The notes under the pieces were generated by a model, which saw only the letters and a list, made by a program, of their open reading frames with translations, was not told the DNA's origin and ran no database searches. DNA of 64,000 nt from the human T2T-CHM13v2.0 reference genome, Homo sapiens. Shown in pieces: positions 63,420 to 64,000 of this stretch. Position 1 is the stretch's first letter; every line of letters begins with the position of its first letter. A program made the position numbers and the translations under genes. Location of the stretch: the NCBI RefSeq assembly GCF_009914755.1, contig NC_060934.1. One strand, given 5' to 3'.

Positions 63420-63950
63420 CTCCTCCATGAAAGATGCTGTACTGTGTGTTTTCACATCTGTGTCTCAATCACTTCTCACAAAAGCCCTGTAAAAATAGCA
63501 TTAATATTAATAATAAGAGCTGACTTTTATTGATTTCTACATAGAAGATCTCATTTGTTTGAACACTAATCTTAGGAAGTAAGGTTGATCTCCCAGTTGT
63601 ACAGATGAGAAACTCTAAAGCTTATGGGAGTTAAAAACACAACTGGGAAATCATAGTATTAAGATTTAAGCTCTTATATTAATTCTTCCAATGGCTATGC
63701 TTTTAACCATGAAGCAGTACTGCTTATCTGTAAATTAGAGAGCATAATCTCCATTTTAGAGATGAGAATATATTAGGTTGGTGCAAAAGTAATTGTGTTG
63801 TTTGCCATTGAGTGATGGCAAAACTGCAATTATTTTTGCACTAGCCTATAGGTTCAAAATGTGCTCAGATCACACATTTAATAAATAGCAGGGCCCAGAT
63901 CAGATTTGAAAGTGACTACATCTAACTCCCAAATCTGAGTGCTCCACCTT
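63420..63950. mobile_element. MIR fragments
   Basis: gtacagatgagaaactct; ctccattttagagatgagaa...gatcacac. Confidence 0.6.
63773..63848. mobile_element. MADE1 (Hsmar1-derived MITE) inserted in MIR
   Basis: TIRs ttaggttggtgcaaaagtaattg / caattatttttgcactagccta with flanking TA. Confidence 0.93.
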
Positions 63951-64000
63951 GCACCACACCTTGCTGATGCAAAGAGCAAGTTTTCAAGGTGGACTACAAT

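Overview
AT-rich primate (very probably human) intronic or intergenic DNA dominated by interspersed repeats: about 17 Alu copies or fragments, L1 fragments of many ages, MaLR/ERV solo LTRs, MIR, L2, and DNA-transposon MITEs (MER5A, MER44A, Tigger2a, MER63, MER58A, MADE1). I found no protein-coding exon I can identify with confidence, and most ORFs in the track are Alu, L1 or microsatellite artefacts. The one gene-derived feature is a 5'-truncated processed pseudogene of ZFR (about 60963-62687, + strand). It retains a 103-codon ORF for the C-terminal DZF region and about 1.3 kb of 3'UTR. Most notable unexplained structures: two non-tandem local duplications (94 and 133 bp, each about 7% diverged and 1.5-1.8 kb upstream of its likely donor), a perfect 26-bp palindrome between inverted Alus, two AP-1-rich candidate enhancers and a miR-548-type MADE1 hairpin. 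I found no evidence of a new multi-gene system. Repeat subfamily names come from recalled consensus sequences and need RepeatMasker/Dfam confirmation.
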